64,000 nucleotides of DNA from Vitrella brassicaformis CCMP3155 (taxonomy: Eukaryota; Protista; Chromerida): positions 10,692 to 74,691 of the forward strand of contig CDMY01000448.1 in assembly GCA_001179505.1 (NCBI GenBank), written 5' to 3'. How positions within the stretch are numbered: position 1 is the first letter of the stretch; the number at the start of each line of letters is the position of its first letter. A program made the translations under genes and the position numbers. The notes below the pieces were generated by a model that worked only from the letters and a program-made list of their open reading frames with translations, ran no database searches and was not told where the DNA came from. This document shows, in pieces, positions 26,527 to 36,892 of the stretch.

Positions 26527-27225
26527 TGAATCCACCATCTACTGTCGACATCATCATGTTGCGGCGCATCTCTCAGCGACTGATCTCTGAGCCGCAGCCA
26601 TCGCCGGCAGTGCTGCGTGAGTGCGCTGATCAGCTGGTCAGGGCCCTCCCGAGTGAGAACCACGAGCAGGTCGACTTCTACTGATCCGTGTCGATGTTCT
26701 GCAACAAGTTCGCCGGCTATGCATTCACAGATCCGCCTTTCTGGCAGCAGCTGGGGGACGTACTCATCGGCGTACTCACACAGACGCAGCAGCAGCAGCG
26801 GCAGCAGCAGCGGCAGCAGCAGGAGGCCTCAGGCTCCTCATCGGCGGTGGAGATCCGATGGCTGGCGCTTATTCTCAACTCGTACGCCAGGGTGGACTTC
26901 CGNNNNNNNNNNNNNNNNNNNNNNNNNNNNNNNNNNNNNNNNNNNNNNNNNNNNNNNNNNNNNNNNNNNNNNNNNNNNNNNNNNNNNNNNNNNNNNNNNN
27001 NNNNNNNNNNNNNNNNNNNNNNNNNNNNNNNNNNNNNNNNNNNNNNNNNNNNNNNNNNNNNNNNNNNNNNNNNNNNNNNNNNNNNNNNNNNNNNNNNNNN
27101 NNNNNNNNNNNNNNNNNNNNNNNNNNNNNNNNNNNNNNNNNNNNNNNNNNNNNNNNNNNNNNNNNNNNNNNNNNNNNNNNNNNNNNNNNNNNNNNNNNNN
27201 NNCTGGTGACGCACATCGACCGCCA
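26527..27225 (+). pseudogene. Truncated, nonsense-mutated duplicate of the HPR gene at 28203
   Basis: 26540-26902 is nearly identical to about 28187-28549, but tactgg became tactga (premature stop 26682-26684). After the N gap, ctggtgacgcacatcgaccgcc matches 29313 onward, then similarity ends. Confidence 0.8.
26903..27202. other. Assembly gap (300 N)
   Basis: Run of N characters; same length as the other two gaps, so it is a placeholder size. Confidence 0.99.
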
Positions 27226-27339
27226 CCGACGTCCGTGAGGGGCTGTATACAGACAGGGTGTTGTTGGAGCATCACATCGGTCTCCACAACCCTATGCGGG
27301 TGTGGTGCACCTCCACTGCCACCCCGTCGATGTGATAAT

Positions 27340-27370
<31 letters not shown>

Positions 27371-27439
27371 CATCGCAAGCCATGCACCGCACCCCCCACA
27401 CACATTTATTTATTCACCCCTGCACAACTCTATTCTCTC

Positions 27440-28135
27440 TGTCTGTGTGTGTCTGTCGTGCGAAGGGCCGAGCCGAGCCTGAGCGTGTCTGTGCTGTGTG
27501 TGTTCTGTGTGTGTGTGTGTGCATCCCATAGGCCCACACACACACACACATCCATCCCCCCTGCACACACACACACTCTCTCTCTCTGTCTGTGTGCAAT
27601 GATGCGAAGGCGAGGCCCGAAGGGCCGAGCCGAGCATGTCTGTCTGTCTGTCTGTCTGAGTCTGTGTGTGTTGTCTGTGTGTGTGTGCATCACACACAAC
27701 ACCCCACACACAGCCACTCACCCCTGCACGCACTGGTTGTCTCTCCCTCTCTCTCTGTGTCCATGGGCTTTTGGCCAACTTGGCGATGCCGTGGAAGGAC
27801 GAGTATTGACTGTATAGCTTATCTGCAAGAAGTTCTGAAAAGTGCCAACACCCACCGCCTCGCTATTCCCCCTTTCCACCAAGTTGCACCTCTCACCACT
27901 TCAACGCACTCACCCCATCGATACCCCCCCTGCCGCATACCCACTTCTCACACACGCAAGGCCATCCGCTCAAACTCTCCACACAGACAGCCCATCACAC
28001 CAACAACCATTCCCCGGCCTCCCCGCCCCCCTGCAATGGGAGAAAGCCCCCAAAGCGAAAGTATTAGGGTTTGTTGGGGCGCAGCAGCTGGGGCGCAGGG
28101 TTTGCGAGCTTAGACGTGCACGCAAGAGAATGAGC
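27440..28135 (+). repeat. Dispersed repeat, copy 2 of 3, with an internal duplication of its 5' microsatellite block
   Basis: Same blocks as 8700-9455 and 61070-61680. The motif cgaagggccgagccgagc occurs near 27460 and again near 27618. Confidence 0.85.
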
Positions 28136-28202
28136 AGCATAGACCTTGGCGAAGGATTGGCTTCTTGTCCTGAATAATACACCGTCTGCTGTCGACATCA
28201 TC

Positions 28203-30142
28203 ATGCTGCGGCGCATCTCTCAGCGACTGATCTCTGAGCCGCAGCCATCGCCGGCAGTGCTGCGTGAGTGCGCTGATCAGCTGGTCAGGGCCCTCCCGAG
28301 TGAGAACCACAAGCAGGTCGACTTCTACTGGTCCGTGTCGATGTTCTGCAACAAGTTCGCCGGCTATGCATTCACAGATCCGCCTTTCTGGCAGCAGCTG
28401 GGGGACGTACTCATCGGCGTACTCACACAGACGCAGCAGCAGCAGCGGCAGCAGCATCATAAGCAGCAGGAGGCCTCAGGCTCCTCATCGGCGGTGGAGA
28501 TCCGATGGCTGGCGCTTATTCTCAACTCGTACGCCAGGGTGGACTTCCGGCACGAGAGGCTGATGGAGGTGGCGGCCAGTGTGTTGCTCCAACGCACCGC
28601 CCCATCCTTCGAAGGCACCGACGTATCTCAGCTTTGCAATGCCTTCGCCCGTCTGTCGCCGCCCCTCACGTCGCCCCATGCACCCAAGTACCTGAGGCAG
28701 CTCTGCGACGGCCTGGCTGTGGCCGCCATGCGGCACGTGGCGGAGCTATCTGCTCAGGGCATTGCCAACATCGTCAACGCCTACGCGCGGCTGGAGGCCT
28801 TCCACCATGACCTCTTTGTAGCTCTCGAGACGGCCGCCATGGACAAGCTCGACTCGTTCGGGCCGCAGGAGATGGCCAACGCGCTCAACGGCTACGCCAA
28901 GTTTGCCGACAGCCGGCCGGAGGTCAAATCGCCCCGACTCTTCGACGCCTTCGGTGACCGCATCGCCGCCCGTCTGCGGGAGTTCAAGCCGCCGGAGCTT
29001 GTGATGGTAGTCAATGCGTACGCCAAAGTGGGCTTCCACCGACGGCGGCTGTTCGACCGACTCGACGAGCGGCTGCCAGAGGTGGTCGGCCATCTCAACG
29101 GCCGTGAGCTGTCCATTCTTGCTAACGGATACGCTCGCTTCTGGCGGAGATGCGACGCCCTGTTCGACCAGATCAGCGTGCGGCTGCTCTCTGCTGACCA
29201 CTCACAACAGGCCGATATCCTGCGGCCGTCTGTGTGCTCTGGCATGAATCTGGCGCTGCTGCTGCACTCGTACGGTCGGCTGGCGGTTCGGCATCAAGGG
29301 GTGATATCTGTGCTGGTGACGCACATCGACCGCCGGCTGTACGAGCTTGACAGCCGCAACCTGGCGCACGTGCTGGTGTCCCTGGCCAAGCTCGATTGGC
29401 GCTGCCCGGAGGCCATGAAGAGCCGACTTGTCGCGGCGGTAGAGGGGCAACTGGGCGTGTGCAAGAAGTCCCACCACCATCAGCCCCAGCAGCACCAGCA
29501 GCGTCAGGGTCACGAAGGGATGGTCGACTTGGGGATGGTGAGCGTCACCCATGCGTTGTTGCACCCCTACTACTATGACCCGGGGCTGGTGGCTGTGCTG
29601 CTCGAGGAGCTGCACCGCAGACGAGCCATGAGCGCCTCATTTGTCCACCAGGTGAGTGAGTATGTTGTGTGTCACACGCACGTATGAGTTTTGTCAGCCG
29701 CCCGTCCCATACGTATGTGCTACGCGTGTGTGTGTGCGGGGGGCAGATGTACGTGTGTCTGTCCCTGGTCACCCACTCTCCCCCGAGCACAACCCCCGCT
29801 GCGTCGACTCTCTCGGCATTGACCAGCCTTCTCGACCGCGTGGAGGCCGCCCACCAGAGGAATCCCGATTGTTTCGCCCTGCGACCCTCCTCGCTCCAGG
29901 ATGCCGTGCAAGAGGCCATCCCGAGGTGGTGTGGTGGCTTCGTGCAGGAGGGCATCGCCGGGCCATATGTGCTGGATTTGGTGGGTCCTCCGCTGAGTTT
30001 ACTGGAGAGGGGCCTTGTCGAGCATTGCAGCACAGCAGAGGGGGACGGTGTGACAGGGTGGGAACAGAAGCGAGGGACGGAGAGGGGAGGAGGGGAGCTG
30101 CCACAGTGGGCGGCGGCGGAAGAGGGCCAAGCTGTCATGTGA
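28203..30142 (+). CDS. Heptatricopeptide-repeat (37-aa helical repeat) protein with a degenerate RAP-like C-terminus; probable mitochondrial RNA-binding protein
   Basis: Repeats LSAQGIANIVNAYARL, FGPQEMANALNGYAKF, FKPPELVMVVNAYAKV and LNGRELSILANGYARF; two intervals count exactly 37 aa. The start MLRRISQRL is presequence-like. Exon 2 (after a phase-0 intron at about 29652-29747) contains VQEGIAGPYVLDLV, resembling the start of a RAP domain. Confidence 0.82.
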
Positions 30143-30382
30143 TGTGTGTACGTGTATATGTATGTATGCGTGGGTGCGGAGAGCGTAGAGCGCAGAGACA
30201 GACAGACAGACAGGGGACTGAGGGAGGGAGGGAGGGACGTTTGTTGACTGACTGACGGTTATTTACTGTCAATATCATGTTGATGGATGGATGGATGTTC
30301 CCTGGATGTTGGTTGACCAAACGCGCATCGCATCATCAGGTTCCTGTCCCTCCGTCCAGGCACCTTGCCCCAATTCACCCAA

Positions 30383-30682
30383 NNNNNNNNNNNNNNNNNN
30401 NNNNNNNNNNNNNNNNNNNNNNNNNNNNNNNNNNNNNNNNNNNNNNNNNNNNNNNNNNNNNNNNNNNNNNNNNNNNNNNNNNNNNNNNNNNNNNNNNNNN
30501 NNNNNNNNNNNNNNNNNNNNNNNNNNNNNNNNNNNNNNNNNNNNNNNNNNNNNNNNNNNNNNNNNNNNNNNNNNNNNNNNNNNNNNNNNNNNNNNNNNNN
30601 NNNNNNNNNNNNNNNNNNNNNNNNNNNNNNNNNNNNNNNNNNNNNNNNNNNNNNNNNNNNNNNNNNNNNNNNNNNNNNNNNN
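30383..30682. other. Assembly gap (300 N)
   Basis: Run of N characters. Confidence 0.99.
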
Positions 30683-30769
30683 CCACCACTCACGCCCACC
30701 CATCCATCCCGCAGGCAGCACCCTCTATCATCCATCATCGATCAGCCAGCCAGCCAGCCAGCCAGTTAG

Positions 30770-32361
30770 TCACACACTATCGTCCCCCTCCCCGTCCCCC
30801 CTCTTGGCAGCGGCGGTGCTACGGCGACCCAGCAACCCTCCCGTCAGCCGACTCAACAGGCCCCCCTGGTGCATGGGGGGCGACTCGTCACCATTCTCGG
30901 GGATGCGGAACCTCGGCAAGTTCATGGCCGCACCGCCACCGCCACCAGCGGCAGCAGCAGCTGCAGGAGGGGATTCTTGCTCTGGGGTCTTTTCCTGCTC
31001 CTGCTCCTGCTCCTCGGTGGCTTCTGGCTGCTGCAGCTCGTGTGGCTGGGTGCTTGCGATGGCCTTGAATCGTGTGCGTATGATGCAGACGAAGGCGCCG
31101 AACTCGATCTGCTTGGCGTTGAGGGCCGTCACCAGGGCGGGCAGGTCAGCGATCGGGGGGTCGCACAGCAACACTGAGTGAGCAAGGGGCAGGGAGTCCA
31201 CACACAGACAGACAGACAGACAGACACACAGACAGGCAGACAACAAGTGGGTCCATGTGATGTGCGTGGCGTGTGCGTACCTTTGTATTCGGTCTCGTCG
31301 TCTTTGAGGTAGAGTTCAAAGGCGTACTCCTTGGCGTCATCGGCCGGGTGCAGGTTCGTGAAGATCACGCGCACGTGGCCCTTGCCCACGGAATCTGTGG
31401 GTGCACGTCACATCACATGAGTGTATACCGCCAGGCACACTCGTCCGTCCGTCCATCCATCGGTCTATTGTCACCCACCTACCCACTCACCTGCAACTCG
31501 GGAGAGTTTGAGTCCGAGTTTGCGCTGGAAGCTGGATATCAGCACCTCGTACTCGGCGTGACGCTCAACCATCTTGGCCTTCTCGCGCTCGTACACTGAC
31601 ACAACACAACACAACACACCACACCACACCACACATGTCCCAGCGCTTCTCTCCCTGCACGCCACGCCTGCACGTCTGCCTATCTATCTGTCTCTCTCCT
31701 CGTATCGTGGTACCTACTTACCTTTCTTTGCGCGTTCTACTTTGGCTTTCATGTGCCCCGTTTCGGTCTCGGCGTTGCGCACGTCCTCGGGCAGACGCTC
31801 CAACTTGGACAACACATCCTAAACACACAGATAGATAGACCAGCACGCCGCCATGTGTGTGGCTGAAGGCATCTGTTGCTGGCTGTGAGCATGTTATGTT
31901 GCGGACGCTAAGCTGCTGCTGGAAGTCGGCCTCCTTCTGCTGGAAGAGGCCCTCCTCTGATAACACACACCATCAGCAACAACGTTGGCACATGGCAACA
32001 CGTCTGTCTGTCTGTCTGTCTGTCTGGTGCGGTGGTCATCTCTTGGTCTTTTACTGGCTTGGTACTCCTGCAGCTTGGTCCGGTAGGCAAACACCTCCTT
32101 CTGGATCTCACCCAACACACCTGCGCCGCGCCATGGACCCGACCCACATCCGCCCGCCACGCCATCCATCCCACCCCACTTCGATACCTTACCTTGTTTG
32201 GTGGTCTTTGAGTCCTGGCATCTCTGCTTGCCGACCTCGGCTATCTTGAGGCACTGGTCGCGGACCTTCTGTGCGACCTCGACCTCCTCCTGCAACGCAT
32301 CCTTCAGCTGCTGCTGGCTTGCCAACAGCTGACGGATGAACGCTCCGTCTTGCGGTGCCAT
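30770..32361 (-). CDS. SPC25: Kinetochore protein Spc25 (Ndc80 complex): coiled coil plus RWD domain
   Basis: An N-terminal coiled coil is followed by FQRKLGLKLSRV..GHVRVIFTNLHPADDAKEYAFEL..EYK|VLLCDPPIADLPALVTALNAKQIEFGAFVCIIRTRFK, matching the Spc25 C-terminal domain pattern. Confidence 0.8.
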
Positions 32362-32561
32362 TTCCCACCCCAATCTCTGTTTGTAAACTTCGTGGGCGAA
32401 CTTGAAAGACCGTTATTTCGTGGGCAGCGCAGCAGGCCATGGCCCCATTTGGATAGCGCTCGCCCATCATGATACTTAAACCCCATTTGGATAGCGTCTT
32501 TGTCGCCTGAAGCATTGATTCAGCCACTTGATTCAGCCCCAACTTGAAGGCTTGCAGAACG
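32362..32561. promoter_or_regulatory. Putative bidirectional promoter (SPC25 / hypothetical gene) with repeated motifs
   Basis: 200 bp between divergent ATGs. It contains CCCCATTTGGATAGCG twice (32443, 32481), TTGATTCAGCC twice (32515, 32528) and AACTTGAA twice (32399, 32541). Confidence 0.5.
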
Positions 32562-34698
32562 ATGATGGCCGACTCATTGGGGGCTGACGCCAACATGGAC
32601 ACGAAGGCTCAGCAGGTGGTCAGACAGACAGACAGACAGACAGACAGAGACCAAGACGCCACTCATGTGTCCTGTCTGTCTGTCTGTCTGTCTGTCTGTC
32701 GGGGTCAGGAGGATAAGCCAGGGCCTTCATCAGGCCCCAGTTCAGAGGTAGGCACAAATATGCATGGGAACTTGACAGGCCACCCACATGTGCAGGGCGG
32801 TGTATCTGCGTCTCTGCTCCAGGAGTGTCGTCACGATGTGCTCGACGGACGGCTGGAGTCGTTGAGAAAGTAGGCAGACATAGCGAAACGATAGAGACAT
32901 GAATATGCATCATATATGGTGTCTGTCTGCCTGTACCTTCTCCCGCAGGTCTTTGCATGAGAAGCGCAGCCGCAGTCTCAAGATATTCGAGCGCCTGTCC
33001 ACTGTGGCCGACCGCATCCAGCACGTCACCTTGTGCTCCACGGCACCGGCAGCTGTGGTGATGCCCCCGCCACCCCAAGAGGAGAAAGCAGCCCCGGGCA
33101 GCAGGCAGACCACCATAGACCGGCTGGTGGGCGAAGGGAGCCCCTTGAGTGCGTCGTCTAACGAAGAGTGAGTTACCGGAGGGATGTATTGTCTTTCATT
33201 CCTTCCATTGCCATTTCTTCTTCTTGCTGTCGGTCGGTCGGTTGGCTTCTTGCAGCTTCGCCCCGGAGAACAAAGCATCGACCAAGCCAGTCATCCCGCC
33301 GCTCAACATGTCACGCCTGGCAGACAGCAGAGAGCCGGATCCCCCTCTGGGAGACGCGGAACGGGAAGGCCTGCTGCAGAAACAACACGAAGAGGCGGAA
33401 TGCGCGCATGCTCGGCAGGGTGACGAGGATGCCGGCGTTGATGAGAGGCGAGAGCAAGGCGGTGACGTCTCTGTCCCCTGTGGCATCCCGAGTCCATTCT
33501 TCCAGACCAAGTTGGAAGAGGAGCTGTGGACGGAGGTGTTGCGGCTGCGGCGGGAGAGCGAGGCAGACCAGGACACATGGAACACCAAGATGGCACAGGT
33601 GAGGCAGCATGAGACACGACCACATTGGACACATTGGACAAATGGAGGATTCGACTTTTTCTCCTCTTTGCTGGGTGCAGTTTCATGAGCAGCTTTGTCG
33701 GCTGGAGGCCGACCAGGCCGAGAAACAGAGCATCATTGACCAACTAACACACACCATCCAAAATGTCCAGGTAAGGACTAGGATCATGCCTGCACCGCAA
33801 ACAAGACGTCCCTCTATGTGTTGGCCGACAGGCGATTCTGGAGTCGCTCTTTGGCGAGCTGAGAGACATCCGACTGACCATTCGCGGCCTGCGCAGAAGA
33901 CCTTCCTCTCCGAGAAGGGGAGGCTCGTCTCGTGTTTCTTCCGCCAACCCACGGCAGGGTCGGGCGTTGACACATTCGCCAGCCGTCAAAGAGCTGCCAG
34001 CTGTCGTGCCACGCGTCAAGGTGCCCTCAGTACCGCCATTGAAGCTGTCAGACTCCTTGAAGAAGGACAAGACAATCGACAAGGATGAGGACAGCAATGT
34101 CCTTCTTCAAGGAGCGGCTAAGACGGAAGTCACAATGTCTCCTCAGTACAGCAAGGCTGCAGCCCCTCCCGCCCTCTTTGCAGCGCCCCTCGCTCCCCCA
34201 GAGTCGCCTGTACTGTGTGTCCGCACCCCTCCGACATTCAGATCGTACAATGAGACGACAGGCCGTTCTCCGCCGCCTCTCTGGCTGATCCAGCCGCCTA
34301 CCACAGCTGGCACTATGGTGCCTGAGGGTGTGGAGACGATGAGAAGCGTCCCAGATGAGGGAGTCAGGAAGACAGTCAAGGGGGGTGTGGTCCCCAAAAA
34401 GGGGCTCTTACAAGATCGGCCGCCCTCCGCGAGGAGGGAGAAACGCCCACCACTGGCGCGATCGGTGTCTCTGCCGCCTCCGCATTATAATAGGCCCTTT
34501 CGACCGCGATTTGTGCTGCCTCCTCCTCCGCGTCGGCCGCCGCCGCCCTTGCCCCCTGCTTACGTGGTGCGGCCGATGCCTGTGCCAGTGGTGTATATGC
34601 GGCCGGTGCCGCCTGTGGCGTATGTGTATGCGGGGGTGGACTCACGTGCAGCGGCGGGGTGTCTGGGTGCATGCAGACCGAAGCACAGAGGACGATAG
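32562..34698 (+). CDS. Hypothetical coiled-coil and proline-rich protein, multi-exon
   Basis: Frame-compatible exons MMADSLGADANMDTKAQQ | EDKPG.. | ECRHDVLDGRLESLRK | SLHEKRS.. | TKLEEELWTEVLRLRRE.. | FHEQLCRLE.. lead to the final Pro-rich exon of ORF 33967-34698. Confidence 0.6.
32616..32708 (+). repeat. Representative intronic microsatellite pair (CAGA)7 ... (TGTC)7; similar (CA)n, (TG)n, (GACA)n, (CATC)n, (GAGG)n and (ACAAC)n tracts occur in most introns and intergenic spacers
   Basis: Read directly: (CAGA)7 at 32621-32648 and (TGTC)7 at 32673-32700, inside a GT..AG intron. Confidence 0.95.
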
Positions 34699-34846
34699 AC
34701 TGACAGACAGATCAATCACCCAATCAGTGTATGGATGGTATGTACACATCAGAGCGGTGCGGTCCCGGACCGGAACACACACACGGACATGCAATGCACA
34801 CGCGTGAATGTCTTGACGGACGTGGTGTCTCAAGCAAAGGGTTCAA

Positions 34847-36696
34847 TCACTGAGCCCCGCCCTCCTTCCTCTTTGCTCTATTGCCCTCACTGAGTGCCCG
34901 ATAGAAGGAATCAGCGTCCATGACTGGAGCGAGAGGGACAGACGACCACAAATGGCGCCGCTTGTTGATCGTGTGCCCGATGGTAGGCGTAGCCCCGAAG
35001 AGCCTTGCCAATGCGGGCTGATCAGTGTACTCGTCCTTGAAGGCTGTCATGGGCCCCTCTTTGCTCTTCTTCATGCACCGCACGGCCGCCACCACCTGCT
35101 TGAAGTGCTCGCGGCTGTGTCTGTCACACTTGTCGAGCCACCTTTGCACCAGCCCGTGATGAGCCTGGGCCACCACATCCACAAACGTGACCTGCGACGC
35201 AGAAGAAAAAGGCACGCAGCTGGGAGAGCCATGATTCTGTTGGGTGTGTGTGACCTGTGATGGTGGTCTGGGTATCGCCCCCGCTTCGAAAGTGTCGTCG
35301 ATTTGCTTTTCGTAGGACGTGACAAAGCGGCGATCCGGCGGATAGCCGACACCAACGTCCCACGGAACGCTTTGCTTCTGAAAGGAGGAGACACATACAC
35401 GAAGCCCTGACGTGAATCACCCATGAGCCGTGGTGTGTATACCCCTTCGAGCCACCGACCCACCCATCCCACAGACCATAGCGACAGGCGCCAGCTTCCT
35501 GTATATCTTCTCGAACCTGTCATTGTTAGCAAACGCTGCGCCAACCACAGAGAGCGAGAGAGAGAGAGACAGACAGGCACAAGCATTCATCCCCATGTCA
35601 TGATGGCACAGATACACGGACAGGCAGCCGCCCGCCCACTTACCCCGTTTATGGAATTTGAAGTGCGCTCTGCTCATCGACACCCACATGTTGCCCGCAA
35701 ACGAGTCTGGTGGCGTCTCGCTCATACAGTCAAATGTCCTGGCATCGCTGGTCGACTCGCTACTCTCCGCCTCTGTGGGCGCGTGTTGCGACGAGAGGAA
35801 GTGTCTCGGCGGGTAGTGGTGGTTAAGCCACGCATTAAGCGTGTTGCTGTACTGAGAAGACGTTGTGATTTCCGTCTCGGCAGCACCAGAGGAGGGAGCT
35901 CCTTTCCTCTTTGACTTTGGTCGCCGGTGACTCCGGAGCTGCAGGAAAGCAAAACAAGGCACTTGTGCATCTATGTCTTTGTGAGGTGCTCAGCTGGCGT
36001 CTGGTTGTTACCTTCTTATCGAGAAACAGCCGGACGGGCGGAACAGCATACGAGTCTTCGCTTCTGGCCTGCCGTCCTGGCCTTCTCTCGTCAGGCAGAG
36101 AGCGGGCACCGATGGACGGCAGGTGGCCCTTCTCTTGGTGCAGGCTTGCTGGTGAGCTGTGGGCAGGGACGGCCGCCTGCCGCTGCACTGTCATACCGGC
36201 GTGGGGAGGAGGGAATGTCTTGGTGCGCCTGTGGAGGGAGGGGGTGCTCCTGTCATCACAAAGGAGAATTGTGTCTTTTGGGGCGGTTTGTCCTCCTCAC
36301 TCACTCACTCACCCACTCATTGACTCACTTTGTCTGCGGCGGCGCCTTCGTGAGCGTTTTTGTGAGCGCGTTGTCCTTCTTGGGGCTGCCGGGCACAGAC
36401 GCTGCTTCTGCGCGTGTCTCAGCCTGCTCCTCCCCCCTCTGTATGGCGCCGTGTACGGTGAGCAGGGAGTCGAGCATGCCCAGGAAACGCCGCTGCTCCA
36501 ACTCGCTCCGCCATTTCTGCAAGAGAGAGGACCGCACTGACACTGACTCATCCGCCAAACATGAATGGGTGTACATGCATTGCTTCGTCATGACGGTGCG
36601 TACGTGCCACTCCAGAAGTGAGGGCAGCTCTTCCTTGAACAGAGTTGTCACGAACGACTCGCGGCAAGACTTGATTGACTCTCGCTCGGCGGCCAT
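34847..36696 (-). CDS. Hypothetical protein, multi-exon
   Basis: Coding-like minus-strand segments in ORFs 36325-36852, 35417-35962 and 34847-35215 carry splice sites. The ATG at 36696 has the AAAATGG context seen at other starts in the window. Confidence 0.5.
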
Positions 36697-36892
36697 TTTC
36701 TTCTCAGCGAGCTCAGCTCCCCCCAGCGGCCCCCGCATGCATGCCATTGCAGACGTCTTTTCCGTCTCTGAAATATTCACTGGATGAGCTTTTTTCGGCG
36801 ATTTCTTGCCGCTCCTTCGAAAACTGGTGGTGCTTCGGCCCTCGGCTCGCAAAAAGCCGGTTTTCCGGAAGAATCTCCCCCCGTCTGCAAAA

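Noticed and set aside
26617-27531. Long ORFs containing runs of X (also around 30259-31181 and 61725-62632)
   Set aside because: Their length is an artefact of reading through 300-N gaps.
9528-30142. RluA-like and HPR/RAP genes as a functional gene cluster
   Set aside because: They are about 15 kb apart with unrelated genes between them. Both families are multi-copy in this lineage, so co-occurrence is expected by chance.
32399-32548. Short direct repeats as a CRISPR-like array
   Set aside because: There are only two copies of each motif, the spacing is irregular, the context is eukaryotic and no cas genes are present.
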